From Eledone cirrhosa (taxonomy: Eukaryota): a DNA stretch of 64,000 nt. The stretch is from the NCBI GenBank assembly GCA_964016885.1, contig OZ024742.1, forward strand, positions 154,008,001 to 154,072,000, in the 5' to 3' direction. The position numbers were made by a program, and so were the translations under genes. The notes beneath the pieces are model-generated. The model saw only the letters and a program-made list of their open reading frames with translations. It did not search any database and was not told the DNA's origin. Below, piece after piece: positions 35,801 to 50,800 of the stretch. Positions within the stretch are counted from its first letter, which is position 1; every line of letters begins with the position of its first letter.

Positions 35801-37230
35801 GATAATGTTTTTGAGAATTATGTTAGTCTTGTGTATTGTTTTTTTGGTTCTGTTTGGAGTTCTGGATCTTAGGGAGCGTGTATCGTTCCCCCATGTCAGA
35901 TTCTTTCATTTTCATCGATTCGATCATAATTTCATCCTTCAAGTTGGCAAGTTCATGGAGGGCCAACAATAGGAGTATTCCGGTTATGGCAGGTCTCCAG
36001 CTCCGAAGTGATGGGAATGTTTGAACTATTAGCTGATTTTTTTGACCCCAGTCTGGTTCCTCTCTGAGGGACGCGACCCTTTTTGACCCGGGTGACGGCC
36101 GATCCGGTATGAGATTTTATCATTTGACATTAGTTTATTTTGTCGCGTTTTATCCTTATCCGCCAAGGGGTAACATTTCGTGTTAGCACTTCTAGGACGA
36201 GTGTCAACCAAGACTAGAGGGGCCGTCCTCCCCTAGAGACACGGCTATTCCTCGCCAGCCGCCATCCCGGTATTTCACAGGGTTTTCTTTTTTGTTGTTT
36301 TTTAAATTGTTATTATCATGAGTTGTTCCTTAATGTGAGCATTGCGTGGCTTAAGAATGAAATTATTATTAATAATATAATATACTTTTTGCTGAGGTTT
36401 TCTGTTATTGTTGTTGGCTATGTCAGTGGTGTTGCTGGGGATGTTTCTATTGTTGGTGGGGAAGGGGGAGCCAGCAGTGTCATAGTTGTTGAAGTTTGGC
36501 CGGTGGCCGGGTCACTAAGTCAATCTATTTATATATTTTAATAGCCTCTCCCTTGTCTAGTGATACCGCCACCTTCCCCTTTCTTAAGTTAACAGAAGGT
36601 AATGGGGGAATAGTGGTGATAGCAATGAAGGAGTGGTGGCGGCGGTGATGGGATAGTGGTAGCAATGATGGATGGAGTGGTGGCGGCGGTGACTATAGCG
36701 ATGGCGTTGTCGTTACTGAGTTTTGTTGAATAGACTGTAGTTTGTTTGATCTGTGTATCATTGCGGTTTGTCGCGTATGTTTAATATATGTGTTGACATA
36801 TTATCTTAATATTGGATTTAAACATTTTGTGAAAACTTGAGAAAATAATAATAGTAATTATTGGTGGTGGTTGTGAAATTGCCGTTATCTGGCTGTTGTA
36901 TTTAGTGTACACAGAGGGGTGATGGGATAGGTGGTGTATCTAGTTTGTGGTGTTGGTGAAATTGCTGTTATTTGGCTGTTCTATATAGTGTAGACAGAGG
37001 GGTTTTTTTCTTCCATTTATAACCATTTTCTTTTTTGAATATAAAATGTATAATACAAAATTAAATATTTGAGCGATATAACAGGATATTATGGATCCGA
37101 ATTTTTTGAGAGTTGAGTCTGGTGCTTTATATATCATTTGTACTAAGAATTATATCACAATTGTTTAAAATATGTTAAAAATCAAAAACTTACGGGACCA
37201 ATTTCATGACCTTCTATCCACCTCGTGCGT
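32841..37230 (-). mobile_element. RLE LINE family 1, near full-length copy 2 including the 5' module, with a ~460-bp deletion at ~35955
   Basis: Reverse-complement homolog of 10798-14440 plus 16230-17508; RT and RLE motifs; (TTA)n on both flanks. Confidence 0.92.
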
Positions 37231-37281
37231 TATTTTTATTATTATTATTATTAATATTATTATTATTATTACTATTATTGT

Positions 37282-37344
<63 letters not shown>

Positions 37345-38505
37345 TGTGTAAGTATGTAAAACGTAAACAGAAATAACAACACAATCGGTACAGTATATGG
37401 AAGGGATATATTAGGTTAACACTTGATATAGCAGGAAGAGGGCCTTAACGTTTCGGACGCTACTCCTTCATCAGAAAAAAGAAAGAGAAATAAGATAGAT
37501 TGAGGGGAGGGGTTGAATGGAATTGGAAAAAATATATTTAGATAAAAATAACAGGTCCATTCACGTTGACATGTCTTGCAAGATTGCTGATGTTCGCGTT
37601 TTGTGTTTGGTTTATTTCATAGAAAATTGGATGATGGAGCCCGTCTACCTGAAAAGGAAAAAAAAACATTTTGTCAAAAGTGCTATACTTGTGACTTGTG
37701 GACGTACGTAAGCATGTTTGTGTTATTATACGTCCGTACGAAGCTTCGAAGAAATGTGTGTATATGTGTAAAAAGAGTGTGTGTGCATGTAAGAACGAAG
37801 TTATGAGCAAAAGTATGTTAATATAAGGGTGTGTATGTGTGTATACAGAGCATTGACGGTAAAAGTGGAGTGAGCATATATAGTCGGAATGTATTAGTTG
37901 TAAGAGAAGCTGCTAATGATCAAGAGAAAGTGATAGGAACCTAGGGGTGTGATAATGGACGCGGTATTAGAGAAATTGGGGAGGTGAGTTGAGTGCAAGA
38001 GGGGGAATAGGATCCAAGGCGGTGAATCAGACAATGTTCAGTCCAAGTGCGCGAGGCCTTTGATCCATGATGTAAAATGACACCCAGGACTGAAACATGT
38101 AGGGAGAATGACCAAGAGAACAGAAATGACGGGCGACAGGAGTATCCAAACCGAGTGGCATGTCCCTCAAATGTTCGGCAAAATGGTCCGCCATTCAGCG
38201 TCCTGTTTGTCCGATATATAAACTCCCACACAGGGAACACCGGATGTGCAGGTGAAGGAATGGCGGATACGGAAAGACCCGTTAAGGCGTGTAATGAGTG
38301 GTGAGGGTGGTAATAATAGGACAAGTGTTGCAGCGGGAACGGGAACAAGGATGAGAGCCAGGGGGAGTCGTGGGAGAGGATGAAAAGGAACTGCGAACCA
38401 GGAGGTCACGGATGTTGCGGCGTGCTTAAAAGCATTAATGGATGGGTTTGGAAAAAAGCGAGAAGTGACGGGGTCTGAAGAGAGAATACGGAATAAACGC
38501 ATGAT
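37345..38505 (-). mobile_element. Penelope-like element 3' end (GIY-YIG + terminal repeat)
   Basis: SDPVTSRFFPNPSINAFK, HSFTCTS, CGSLYIGQTGRRMADHFAEHLRD..PVARHF; hammerhead downstream. Confidence 0.85.
37443..37478 (-). ncRNA. Minimal type I hammerhead ribozyme with intact core
   Basis: UUUU-CUGAUGA-A-GGA-GUAGCG-UCC-GAAAC-GUU-AAGG; palindromic AACGUU helix III as in PLE minimal hammerheads. Confidence 0.75.
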
Positions 38506-41500
38506 ATGTCGCCGGAGTGATTAAGTCCGGAGCCAGATTATTTAAACCGAGTGTTGAATGTTGTAAAGTGTGGCAGTTTTTATCACCTACTGGCATACAA
38601 TATTATACATTTATCAGTCTGGCAAATTTGAAAAATAAAATGAAGACTATATTTTTCTGGTATCATTTACCAGACCGTAAACCTGATGTAGCTGTATCCC
38701 ATACATGTGTAAACGATTGACAATTATACATGACATGGAAATAATATCGTTTAACCACATCGCCTATTTACATTTTAATTAGAACTGTCAGGCAATGTTC
38801 ATTAAATATATTAACAGTAAATTGACGTTAGGTACGTAGTTCTTTGAATCCAGGTTTTGCCTATCACCTGCGGGTGAAATATGCCAAATAATGTTCGCCC
38901 GAGGAATGGATGAACGTCTGTGTATCGGGCCATTTTCGGCTGAAAAAGAGGCTGTCAGTTATTTAGGCAAACAACAGCCGCAGTACGTGAGAAAACAGCA
39001 GTGCGAACAATTTGATTAAATAGATTGGCACATGATGATGATTTAATCCCAGTAGAACATTTAATTTCATTGGTAAATGTATTTAGCGTATATTAAGGAA
39101 GGTTCACTGTTAAAGATACAAAAACTAATGTGACAGTTTGTATCCAAAGAAACATCGGCAAACATTTGACGGTAAAGATTAGTTGAAAAACAATAAATAA
39201 GAGTGAGTTGTCTTATTGTCGGGACAAAGCAATCCAACATTTTTTATACATGTTTTCTACAGAGCGAGATAATATAATGAGGGGAATAAATATCTAATTG
39301 TATAGTTTTGTTTTTGTTGAATGTACAAAAATAAAAAAAATGTAAATATAATAAAATAAAATAAAATAAAATAAAATAAATAAATAAAAAAAGATTTCAA
39401 AAAGTGTCAGTTATTTCCTGGTACACTTAGGAGTATGTGTATATGACAGTTTGAAAATAGTTTTTAAAATATGTAGCTTAGACATAAATTAGTTCATAAA
39501 CAACTGAAAGTATCAGTAGGTATTGAAGAGCAAAAACCTAAATATGAAATATATAGTTTCCGTTTCTCTTTGGGTGCTGCAATTCATCTTGCTTTTTCTA
39601 TATATTATACCATGCACACAGAGAACAAAGAAACAAACATATATTATCCTCAGCACATATAAATGCTAGGAATACAGAAACAAACAAACAAAACATGACA
39701 GTTTCTAACAGTGCATGCTAAATTAATAGTCGTCCATTATACTTTATCACCGACAACTTTATTTCTGAAAAGCATTTCGAACTTATGTTAAAGGAAATAA
39801 TTGATACATATTTGAAACAAATTTTCCCCATTGAAAAACAAACCCGAATATCCCACTAATACAGGGCAACATGTGGGGATCGAAAACACAATGCATCCGA
39901 TGTCTAAATCCCTCCAATGACTGACTATAACTACAATAATAGAATGATCGATTTTGTGTTCTTCCGTTGATGCACAATGTTCATTCATTCATGATTGATG
40001 AGTTTCCAAACAGAATTGACTGCGTTCTATGTATGCGTTGGTTGGTAATACAAACATATTTTGTGAGGGCCATGTGAAAAGCACATGAGAACAGTAGCTT
40101 TATTTGAGGTTTTAAATATTATTTCCTCAGTCTTTGTGGTGCTACAATTTGGTACTTCTCAATGCATGTCGCCTTCGCGCCCGTTTTCATAATCGAAAGC
40201 TTTATTCTTCCCTGTAGCAAAAAATGATAGATCTGTGTATATAAATAATTGATTCCAAATCTTTTTTTTTTTCTTAAATCTCGTATTAGAGCTTCAGAAT
40301 ATTAACCCAAGATATCTATTTTATATACACAATACAACCTGTTCCTTCTACACCTTATCTATTTCTATTCGACATATATACACATCAATGAATATGATTG
40401 GACTTCAGTCAAAATGACGTGGTACAACGATGCATTTCAATAGAAACCGCCAAGATAAACGAAAATAAACAAGTGTCTACCTCTTAGTTAATGTTGTGGA
40501 AACGTTATTCCGTTCTCAGAATGGAGAATGACACATTTTAAAAGTTAGTTATGTATGACTCTAATATTCAATGTTGAAAACGGAAATTAATTCAGTTATG
40601 AAGCGTCCGTTAATGTCAACCATGAATTTTTAATCAGTTTATTCCGTGCTAAAAACAATAATTTGATTTTTCACACACACTCAAACACAAAGATACTCAT
40701 ATACATACATTCACGCACACATACACCAATCCTTACACATTCACTCAGTCACGCATATACATAGGTATACAGATGCCGATGTCAAGAGATAAATAAGTAT
40801 GCCGATGGTTATAGAGAGGAGAATGTATATGAATGAATGTGTACGTGTGTTTGTGTATGTATTTCTGTGTGTCTCTGTATATGTGCACGTACAGAACTAC
40901 TTGTTTAAGGACTTCTATGTTTAAGCAATCATGCATGTAATGCAAATTTACACATCGCCATCATGATATATATATATATATATATATATATACTAGATTG
41001 TAACCTATTTGAAAACGCCGTACAATCCATATAGAAAAGAATATGAAATCAGAAAAAAAAAACCTAATGAAATATTCATTAATTTTTAACTCAACAAGCA
41101 TTCGTTAATTGTTTTTATTTTTCATTTTCTTAATTTCAAAATGTGAAGTATACTGCACTATTTTATCATTTGCAGATAAATGAACTGAATTAATTTTCAA
41201 TTATTACCATAAATCTAATGATATGATAGGTATTACATACCCTTTCATTCGTATCGTACAATCATATAGTTTCAGCATTAGCCTATGTTTTGTTTTATAG
41301 TCTTTCACTAGAGAAGAAACGTAATTCCTATAATGTATGAAGAGGCGTCTACTTCCATTTGTTTCTAAGTAATTTCAGCTTATGCATTTTAGATTTAGCT
41401 GACCTCTTCTTTTGCGGATTCATGTGTATGCATATTCATAACAGTTTTGGGAGGAGAGATTTCCATATACATTCTGTTCACTCGTATATTCTATTCACCA

Positions 41501-43409
41501 TAATAGTTTCCAGCTGTATGATTCAGTCACACCGTTCGATGTATTTTGACGATTAGTATTTCTTCAGCTTCCCATAGATTATCTACATATGCTGTGTTTA
41601 GGGCTACTAGTAGTTACTTCTACACTGGATGTGTTTGAAGTATAATTTTAATAGTTATCGGTTGTGATAAGTAGAAATGATACGGGCTTATGGAGAATTT
41701 CAGAGGATATCACTTTTGGAGGGAGTGTATTGGAGGACGTGTGGAAACTCGGATAAGATATACAGAAGAAGTGGTTCTAGGTGGAGCTAGTATGCAACTA
41801 GTTAATGCGGAAAAAAAATAACGTTGTTCGAGTGTTCGAGGAATTCAATAAAGAAGGGAAATCGTCAAAATATGGAAGCTTTTTCTAAAATTCATCATAT
41901 AAATCTTTAATAAGTACTTGTCCGAATTCAAGTGATAGAGTTTTGTTTCTAGTCCGAAAGCAAGCCATTATTTATAGGATAAATTCGAATAATGTTAACC
42001 GAAAGAAACTACATATACATTTAAACAAACGAATAACAAGCATCCGTATAGGCAGCCTAAAACTTTCACACATGATCCATCAGTGACAGACATATATATC
42101 CCAAAACACAGATATTCCTCCACAAATGAAACATATGCGGCAGTAATCATTCGTAGATGCATAATTAAATATACATTTGTTGGCATATGCACGTACACAT
42201 ACGCACTTGCACATATTCCCACATCTATACAAATGCTTATAGAGCACACGCAAACGCAGTATGCAAACATATACATAAAACAGTAGAACATGGCGCACTT
42301 TACAACAATCTGAAAGGCGTCTTTCGAACTCCAAAGATGCATACACACAGATAGAGAGTCAATGTTTATTTAAACGGATTGCTTCATTTAGCATCAAGGG
42401 AATAGCACATTTCTGTTTACTATAATAAATTATATAGAAATATCTTCTTAATTTCTTTGCCTGGCAAACTTGAATAATTTTCTGTTGTTTTATAGTTTGT
42501 TTTCTGAAAGTGGTTTAGTTTATTTATTTTGTTTTATTATGTCATATTGTGTTATATAATGAATTACTGTCTTAATTTGTTATAATTTAACTAAATTTAT
42601 TACACATATTGTTATTTATTGCACTGTTTTCAGGAAATTACGTTTATCACAATAGTAGCATTTCAATTGTCTTTGTTAAATGTTATTGTTAAGGTCAAAT
42701 GTTCATGATTAATATCAAGAGATTTGTTGTTTCAGAAATTGATATACGGCATTTAGTTACAGGCGCATGTGCAGAGTGAATTCGAATCCTGCAGATATCA
42801 ACTTTAACTTTCACCTCTCCTAGATTGATTAAATAAAGGAACTGTTACGCAATCGCGTCATTGAAAGAGACACTAACGATTTCCAACGATATTTTCATAG
42901 TTTGATGAAATAAAGTAGCCGTTACTCAATATAGTCATTTAAAGGACAGTACCTATACTCAACATTATTTTCGTGCATTCAGATATCTGATATCTATATC
43001 ATGATTTTTCATACAGGAAGTGAGTGGTAAACAATATTCCATTCACTGTAAGATTTAATTGTCATTTTACGTTGTATTATCTCAATTCTATGTAATTCAA
43101 GTATACCTGCTTTAACGAATTTCTGTTTTTCTCAGTAGTAATTTTAGTATTTATGATAAAAGAAAAATAACCTACAAAATGATGCATTCGGAAGTTATAT
43201 ATTCCAAAGTAAAAGGTAACTGTGACTAGGAAATTTCGACGAGACTGTCCATCGGAAAAAACATAATCCTTGGTGTGAACTTCCTTTTTCATCTATGTTT
43301 GTGTGATATATGTGTCTGCATATGCGTTTGTGTGTGCGTGTGTATTTGTTTGTTGACACTTGCGTTTGTCCGTCATGTTTTGATAAACCGGATTATCTTT
43401 TCATACCTT

Positions 43410-43625
43410 TTCATACATATATTCATTTATTCATTCATACATACCTACATACATATTTATATACATACATACACATACACACACTTATACATATCTACAT
43501 ACACACACATACACACACACACATATACATGCACACACATACACAAATATATACAAACCCACCCAGACACATACATATACACACATACATACAAGCATAC
43601 ATTGAAGCATACATTGATACACAAA
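43410..43625. repeat. Degenerate (TACA)n/(CA)n simple repeat
   Basis: Direct inspection. Confidence 0.85.
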
Positions 43626-44163
43626 AGTATATGAATATGGTTATTGGAGGAATATCAATTGAAACTGGTCTTATTATTTCCAGACCGAAAATCCGTTTAG
43701 TGTTGTTCTGTGTATGGAATGCATGTAATGGAGAAAGAACATATTCCTTTATCTAACCAAAGCATTTTAGAACAATTTGCAGCAACGCTATGTAAGTGAA
43801 TTATGTCTATAGGATAATTTATTGAAAGCTATGTATACGTTACAGCACTAATGAGATACTATGCTGCTTTCCTTAATTTTTCATATGTAAGGATATCGAT
43901 TTAATTGGCTACAGTTATCTACTTAGCTACAATTTGGCCCTGTACCTATTGAAATATTTCTATCTAGAACTATTAAGGAGTAGAACGTCAGTAGTAACAT
44001 GTATTACGTGGAATGCATTTCCACCCCCACTTGGTTTTGAGGATCGATATGTACTAGTCATGTGCAACATTGTACTCGTCTTTGAAACTATTGTAAATAC
44101 CAGCTATAATTGTTTCTAGTGACTGCCTAAAGGCAACAATTTGCTTATATTTATGTTTGAGTA

Positions 44164-44238
<75 letters not shown>

Positions 44239-44374
44239 GTCTGTGAATAAGTTTATATATATATATTGTTAGACTTGGAGGAGGGGGTCATATTGTTGTA
44301 ATAATATTGCCAGAAATAATAACAGATCACACTCACTCTTTGGTTGGTTTTCGCTTCTGTATCTATATATATAT

Positions 44375-44414
<40 letters not shown>

Positions 44415-47398
44415 TTGTGCGTCTGCGTGTGTGTGTATGTATGTGTGTGTCTGTGTGACTTCTAAGAACACAACTTATTTACATATTTTATGCGAGTGTA
44501 TATTTAATTATTTGCAGGATCGTTTCTTTTCTGATATTTCTTTTTTTTTTTTAATGATGTTTTATATAAGCTTACATACCACTAAAGCGTTAGTAGTACG
44601 ACCATATATTTTCTCTCCTTGGACTTAACACTATTCATCATCATTTTACATCCGTTTACAATCTTTATATTCTATAGAGAGTGTGTGTCCAGCTGCAACA
44701 TTTAAACCATAGAATGTTTCATTCCACATGAATGCCTTTTGTGAATTAATCAATATTTTTCAACAACTTAGACATTTCATGTCATTCCTTCTTTATATTT
44801 TTCATTACAAGATGGGGAAAATAACATAAATATTAGTATTTGTTTTGATATTGATGCTTCCACGAGGTCGGAAAATATTTTTCCAAATTATTAGTAATCG
44901 ATTCAATCAATGCCTATATGAATATGAATACTGAAGCGTACAAGACATAGTAACCTACGGTGATATCATTCAAAAACAAAAATCATTATTTTGAGCTCAG
45001 GCACCTTGTTTATCAAAGTCCAACGTTTTCTATGAATGTTATTCTAATCGTTTTAATCACTCTATTTACATTAGTATATATATAATGTGTATGTGTATGT
45101 TTGTGTATATGTGTGTGATTTCATTCATATCTGTGTGTTTCATTCTCGGTGCTTTATATATTATATTTTATTACAGATAATATGAATTATTTTGATAACG
45201 AAAGTGTCCAAATCAGAAACCCGCTTATCATTAAGTTACTTGAAAATTCGCATAAATCATTGAATGACTCGCTAGCGCCAGCGAGATGTTTTATTTATAG
45301 CCATTTTATTTCACTGCCAGCAACGAAATCTGCTTTATTGAAAGAACAAAGAGGATAATAAAGGAATATATGCAATGGGTCTTTAGTTTGCGTAGAATAT
45401 AAGCTCGCATAATTTTTACTAAGTGTGATGGCAAGTACGTACCCTATATTTTACAAAAAATAATCATAATGAATAGCATTTTAAACAATCAAGTACAGGC
45501 CTCCACATTTACTGTAGTTATGGGTTGTTAGATACATCATTGGGAGCAATGATGAAGCAATTTGATACGGGGTAACAATGATGGTCACTATGATTATTGA
45601 TGCAGTCCTGACGACAGGCTTCTACGTGTTACCGTGCACTAAACTTCCATTACAAACAGCAAGTGCCTAAAGTGATAACACTTATATATTAAAAATGTGT
45701 GTGTCCCAACTCATATTTCTCCGAGAATCAGATCGGTTTTGTTTCATATTACAGGCTTCCAACTGTCAAAACTAGTCGTTCCCATCAAATCTCAAACAAT
45801 GTATTTGTGTATGCTAGAATGTCCCAATATTTAAAGCTCCTTGCGAAATCTTGTCAGCCTTTGTTTTTTCTTCTTTCTTAGTCAATTCATAATTACTCTT
45901 GCAGTGGTCATCTAAATACTTATCAGGTATATTAAATTATTTGTGTCGACTAGGGCCGTCAACCTGGTCGATATCAATAATCAGGATCCATGAGCCTATA
46001 GAAGCGGCCATTGAATTTTGGGGTTAAACCGGATATTTGTATGAGTAATGGAATTATATAAATAATACACCAATAAAAATAATACTTTTAATTTAGCATT
46101 AATTTAGAATGGAGAAGTCATTTTAATCGATTCCAATTTTTCACTGGTACAATATTGCTTCTACCTGAAGGTTGACCTCGGTTGGATTTGAAATCATATC
46201 AAAGAATTGTAAGCAAATTCTACGAAACATTTTAACTACTCTCTCAATCCACCGAATATATATATATATCTGTGTATGTGTTTGTGTAAGGGTGTGTGTG
46301 GGGGCGTAAGTGTGATTATATACATCGCACCCGACGAACCTGCATGTTTCTCTCCTATATTTCCGCCTGAACATACACACAATACTTTGTCTCTTAGTCT
46401 TTTCAATATCAATTACTATTCTGCTACAGCTGATTTCCTTTTTCCTCATTATTATCCTTAATACGTACAAAGAAACACAATTCTCAGCTCTAATAGACAA
46501 GAACACCCCCACAATCATTACCACAAACTAATTACTTTACTCAAACACATTAAATTATTCTCCTCGACATTGTCATTATTACCGCATTTATCCATCCGTG
46601 AAAACATTCTTTATTTAATAGACCACTACCCTGAACTCTATAAGAATATTTTTCATGCACCGATGAATGTCATTTTCACAAATAAAGAAAAACCAGTTCA
46701 ATTGCAATGCCGCCAAAAATTTGACACTCTACATAATCAACTGACGAATTAAAACCAACCACATATTTTTTTTTTGATAACCACATAAAGACACGCTTTT
46801 CATTAAATATAGTAGCGTCCAACACACTCAAATCCTCCAATATCACAGACAAAAGACCACAAAATGAACGCAAAAAAAAAATGTTGTAGTAAACTAGCCA
46901 TCAAGTGCACGTAAATGCACTTTGCACATCAGCGACCGTTAAAAATAGTCCACTGTCAAATGATGTTTACTCGATGTAATGATTTCACGCTGAAACAAAT
47001 TTCATGTTACTTTCATTCATTTTCTTTAATGCCACTTCATGCTCAATCCCCCCACCTCCATTGAACTCCTGCCGAAATCCCGGTTATCAGAAAATACATT
47101 TGTTGAACACGATTTAAAATTATCCCCACACAGTTATATATTTTCTGCCCTGATATAGCTCAGATGTTGAACTGCCGTGTTAAAAGATGATGAACATACG
47201 AAATAGGCCATAAAGCTTAAAAACTATCAGAGAAATCTTAGATTTCACACGTGCATTTTACATCTTTAAATAGAAAATGTTTCCTATAGTGTCATGTGAC
47301 TAAGCTGAAATATCGAAATCGGTGCTACTTTTCTACTTTGAAAATAAATTTCTAATACATACATGATGGCTGCCCCCTCGTTATTGAGTATGGCCATT

Positions 47399-47599
47399 GT
47401 TGGCAGTATCGGTAGAGGGTCGAACGCCATGCTTTGTAGCTATGCGTTACGGCCTGAGTTCAAATCCTGCCTAGGTTAACCTTGCCTGTCATCCTTACGG
47501 GGTCGATAAAATAAAGTACCAGTCAAACACTGGGCCGATTTAATCGACTTTCCCCTCCCAAAACATTGTTGGCCTTGTACCTATATAAGAAACAATTAA
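47399..47599 (+). mobile_element. Nin-domain SINE (long-tail subfamily)
   Basis: TGGCAGTATCGG A box, GAGTTCAAATCC B box, Nin core, tail AGAAACAATT. Confidence 0.88.
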
Positions 47600-47716
47600 T
47601 TAATTGTTTCTACTTTTGGCACTAGGCCAGGAAAGTTCCAGTGCATTACTGGTACTTTATGTTATCGATCCCGTAAGGATGAAAGGCAAAGTTAACCTCG
47701 GCAGGATTTGAACTCA
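47600..47716 (-). mobile_element. 5'-truncated SINE, tail-to-tail with the preceding copy
   Basis: Junction palindrome AGAAACAATTAATTAATTGTTTCT. Confidence 0.85.
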
Positions 47717-47809
47717 ATGACATCTTGCAATGCCTGTGCGTGAATATTTTTTTAAAGTGAGGAAAGACTGTGCAATAATTTACATACATACATAAATACA
47801 TACATACAT

Positions 47810-50800
47810 ACTTCTTTCAAGCTGTTTACGTCTTCTTCCACCTCTTTCATCTCTCTCTCTCTTCATTCTGCACAATACTAAAGTAGTTTTACACAGGTTC
47901 TCTTGCTTCCCTTCGTTCAAACTCGTTCGCCATCTTTAAACCTATTTTCTATGCATGCTCTCTTCCGTGCTGTCATTGATATCCTTGCTACCCTTGATAT
48001 GCTTCGTATACCCTTGTTATTGCTCTCCATACCCTCCTACCTTCTTGTTCTCTAAACTCTTCTTATTGCTCTCTGTGCTCTCTTTCTGTTATAACTATCC
48101 TTACACTTTTTTATGTATTTAATTTCATTGCTCTTTGTTTGCTAACTTTACTCTACTACTTCTCCTTGCTCTCCATTTTCTTCTTGCACAGCTCTCTTTC
48201 ATCCTTGCTCTTCTGCTTGCTCACCTTGCTCTCACTGCACTCCTTGCATTCCTTACCGTCCCTCCTCTCCTTGCACACCTTGCTCCCTTGCTCAATTTGC
48301 TCTCCTTGCTCTCCTTGCCGTCCTTGCTCTCCTCATTCGTCTCTTTCTACTCTCCTTGCACTCCAGCTTGCTCTCCTTCTTGCTCTCCTCTTAACTTCCT
48401 TCATTGCTCTCATTGCTTTCCTCTTAGCTCTCCTCCTTGCTATCCTTGCTCTCTCCTTAGCTTTCTTCCTTGTGCTTGCTTTCCTCTTAGCTCTCCTCCT
48501 TGCTATCATTGCTCTCCCTGCTCTCTTTGATCTCCTCATTACTCTCCTTGCTCTCCTCACTATCATCCCTGCTCTCCTCTTTGCTCTCATCTTGCTCTTT
48601 TGCTCTCACCCTTCATCTACTCCCTGCTCTATTCCTTGATCTCCTTTCTCACCACCTTTCTCTACTCCTTAATCTATTGCTCTCCAAATTTATCTCCTTT
48701 GTATCATTTCTCTCCTTGCCCTCCTTGCACTTCTTGGTTTCTTTAATAATCTTGGAGATCAGTGTATGGAGATGAGTGAGATAAAGGTGAGCAATGAGAA
48801 AAAGAAGAGCAAGGATATTATATAGAGTAAGGATTTAACGAGAGCATTGGGAGTAAGGAGCGCGCGGTGAGTTAAGAGAACAAGGGGAGCCAGCCCTTTT
48901 CCAGACTCTCCTAGCGCTCTGTGCGCATTTAGTTGCTATTTCCCCCTCCAAATCTTCTACCGTTCCTTCCCATTTTTCTTTACTTTATTTACCCCGTCTC
49001 TCACTTTTTCCCTTTTCTATCCTCTCTTTCCTACTCATTGCCTTACATTTCCTTCTTTACCTTTTTTATCCCGTCTATCCACCTCCTTCCCTCTCTTCCC
49101 TTCTTCCCAACTCATTACATCATATATCACCCTTTACATATACTTCCGCTTCTTTTTTTCCCTCCCTTCACTTTTCTTACTCCTATACATATTTTCCCAC
49201 GCACTCTCTCCCGTTCCCTCTCTCTTTACATATTCTATCCTGTCTGTATTTGCCCCCATTTCTTCTTTCTCTTCACTCATCACGATCCTCTATTTTCTAA
49301 CTCACTTTCTCCTTCTGGCCATCTCTCCACCTCAGGCCCCCTCATTCACACTAATTCCAACTCACCTTCTCCACATTATTCTTCTTGTACTCCTTGCTAC
49401 CCATAATCTCCCTGTACTCATTGCTCACCTAACTATTATTAGTATACATTTCCTCCTGGATCTCCTTCCTCTCACTGATCATTGTTCTCCTTGTTGTTCT
49501 CTTGCCTTTCCTTGCTTTAATTGCTCTCCTCTTTGCACTCCTTACTCTCATTGTTCTCCATTATCTACTCATCTTCCCAATTTATTTCTCTCTATCTTTA
49601 CTTCTTTTATCCCATCTATCCCCTTCTTTTCAAAATATTTCCCTTCTTTCCAAATATTTACCTCATCTTTCCAAATTTACCTCTTCTTCACCCTCATTTC
49701 TATCCCTCCCCTCTTTAGTAGTTTTCCAGTGTTTCTCTCGTTCCCGGCTTTCATCCTATTTCCTACGTATCCTCTCCGCCTTGCTGCCATTGCTAACCTC
49801 ACTACTCTTGCGCATGTTCATATTGCTGCCCTTGCTCTCTTTGCTCCATTTTGAAGTCTTTACTCCCTGGCTCCTTAATCCTTAATCACTTTATTCTACC
49901 TCCTCTCCTCGCACTTCCTTAATCTCCTTTCTCGCCTTGCTTTCCTTGATTTTTTCTCTCCATGCTCTTCATACGCACCCCCTTGCTTTCGTTGCTCAGG
50001 CTCCTATCGATGCACTCCTCCTTGCTCTCCTTGCTCTCTTTGCACTCCATGCTCTCCTCCATCGCTCATTGCTGTCCTTGCTCTCTTTTTGTCCTTGTCC
50101 TCTTTTTCTTCTTGCCCTCCTTTCTCTCCTTATTCCCTTTGCTCTCCATGCTGTCCTTGCTCTCCTCCTTTATATCCTTGCTTTCCTTGCTATCCTTCAT
50201 TATTCTAAGTTTCCTTCCTTGCTCTTTTTCTCTCCTAGCACGCTTTCTGCATTTATTCTGTCTTTCTTCTTCTTTCAACCTCATCTCCTTCTTTTTATCT
50301 TTCCCCTCGCATAAACTCTTCTTTCCTCTTCCTACTTGTTGCTTTTTTTACCTCATATTCCGCTTGTTCCCCTTCTTTCCCTCACATTACCTCTTGTATA
50401 TCATCTTACTACCCTTGCTCTCCTTGTACTCCTCATATCTCACCCTGATCTCACTATTATCAATGTTCTGATTTCTATGCTTGCTCTCGTTATACTTGCT
50501 CTTCTTTCCCTCCTTCTTGCAATCGTTACACGTTATACTGCCTTTAACCTCCTAGCTATCATTGATCTCCTTGCATAGCAATGAGAGCAAAGAGAGCAAG
50601 TACAGTAAGGTAAGTACGCATAGCAATGAGATCAGAGATAGCAGTGAGATGAAGGGGAGGCGCATAGGAAGAAAGGAAAGTGTATGGGAAAGAGAAGGTA
50701 AAAGGAGGGAGAAAATAGTTAAAATGGTGCCAAAGAAAGAAACAAAAGGAAAAGGGGGAAAGAAAGGTGAAGTGAATTTGGAAGCACGTAGTGAAGTTAG

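Noticed and set aside
43017-43019. 3-nt microexon (CATACAG|GAA|GTGAGT)
   Set aside because: About one such match is expected by chance in a window this size, and no host gene is identified
48135-50471. Leu-rich membrane-protein-like and Arg-rich protamine-like ORFs
   Set aside because: Open in multiple frames because the C/T-rich repeat rarely produces stop codons
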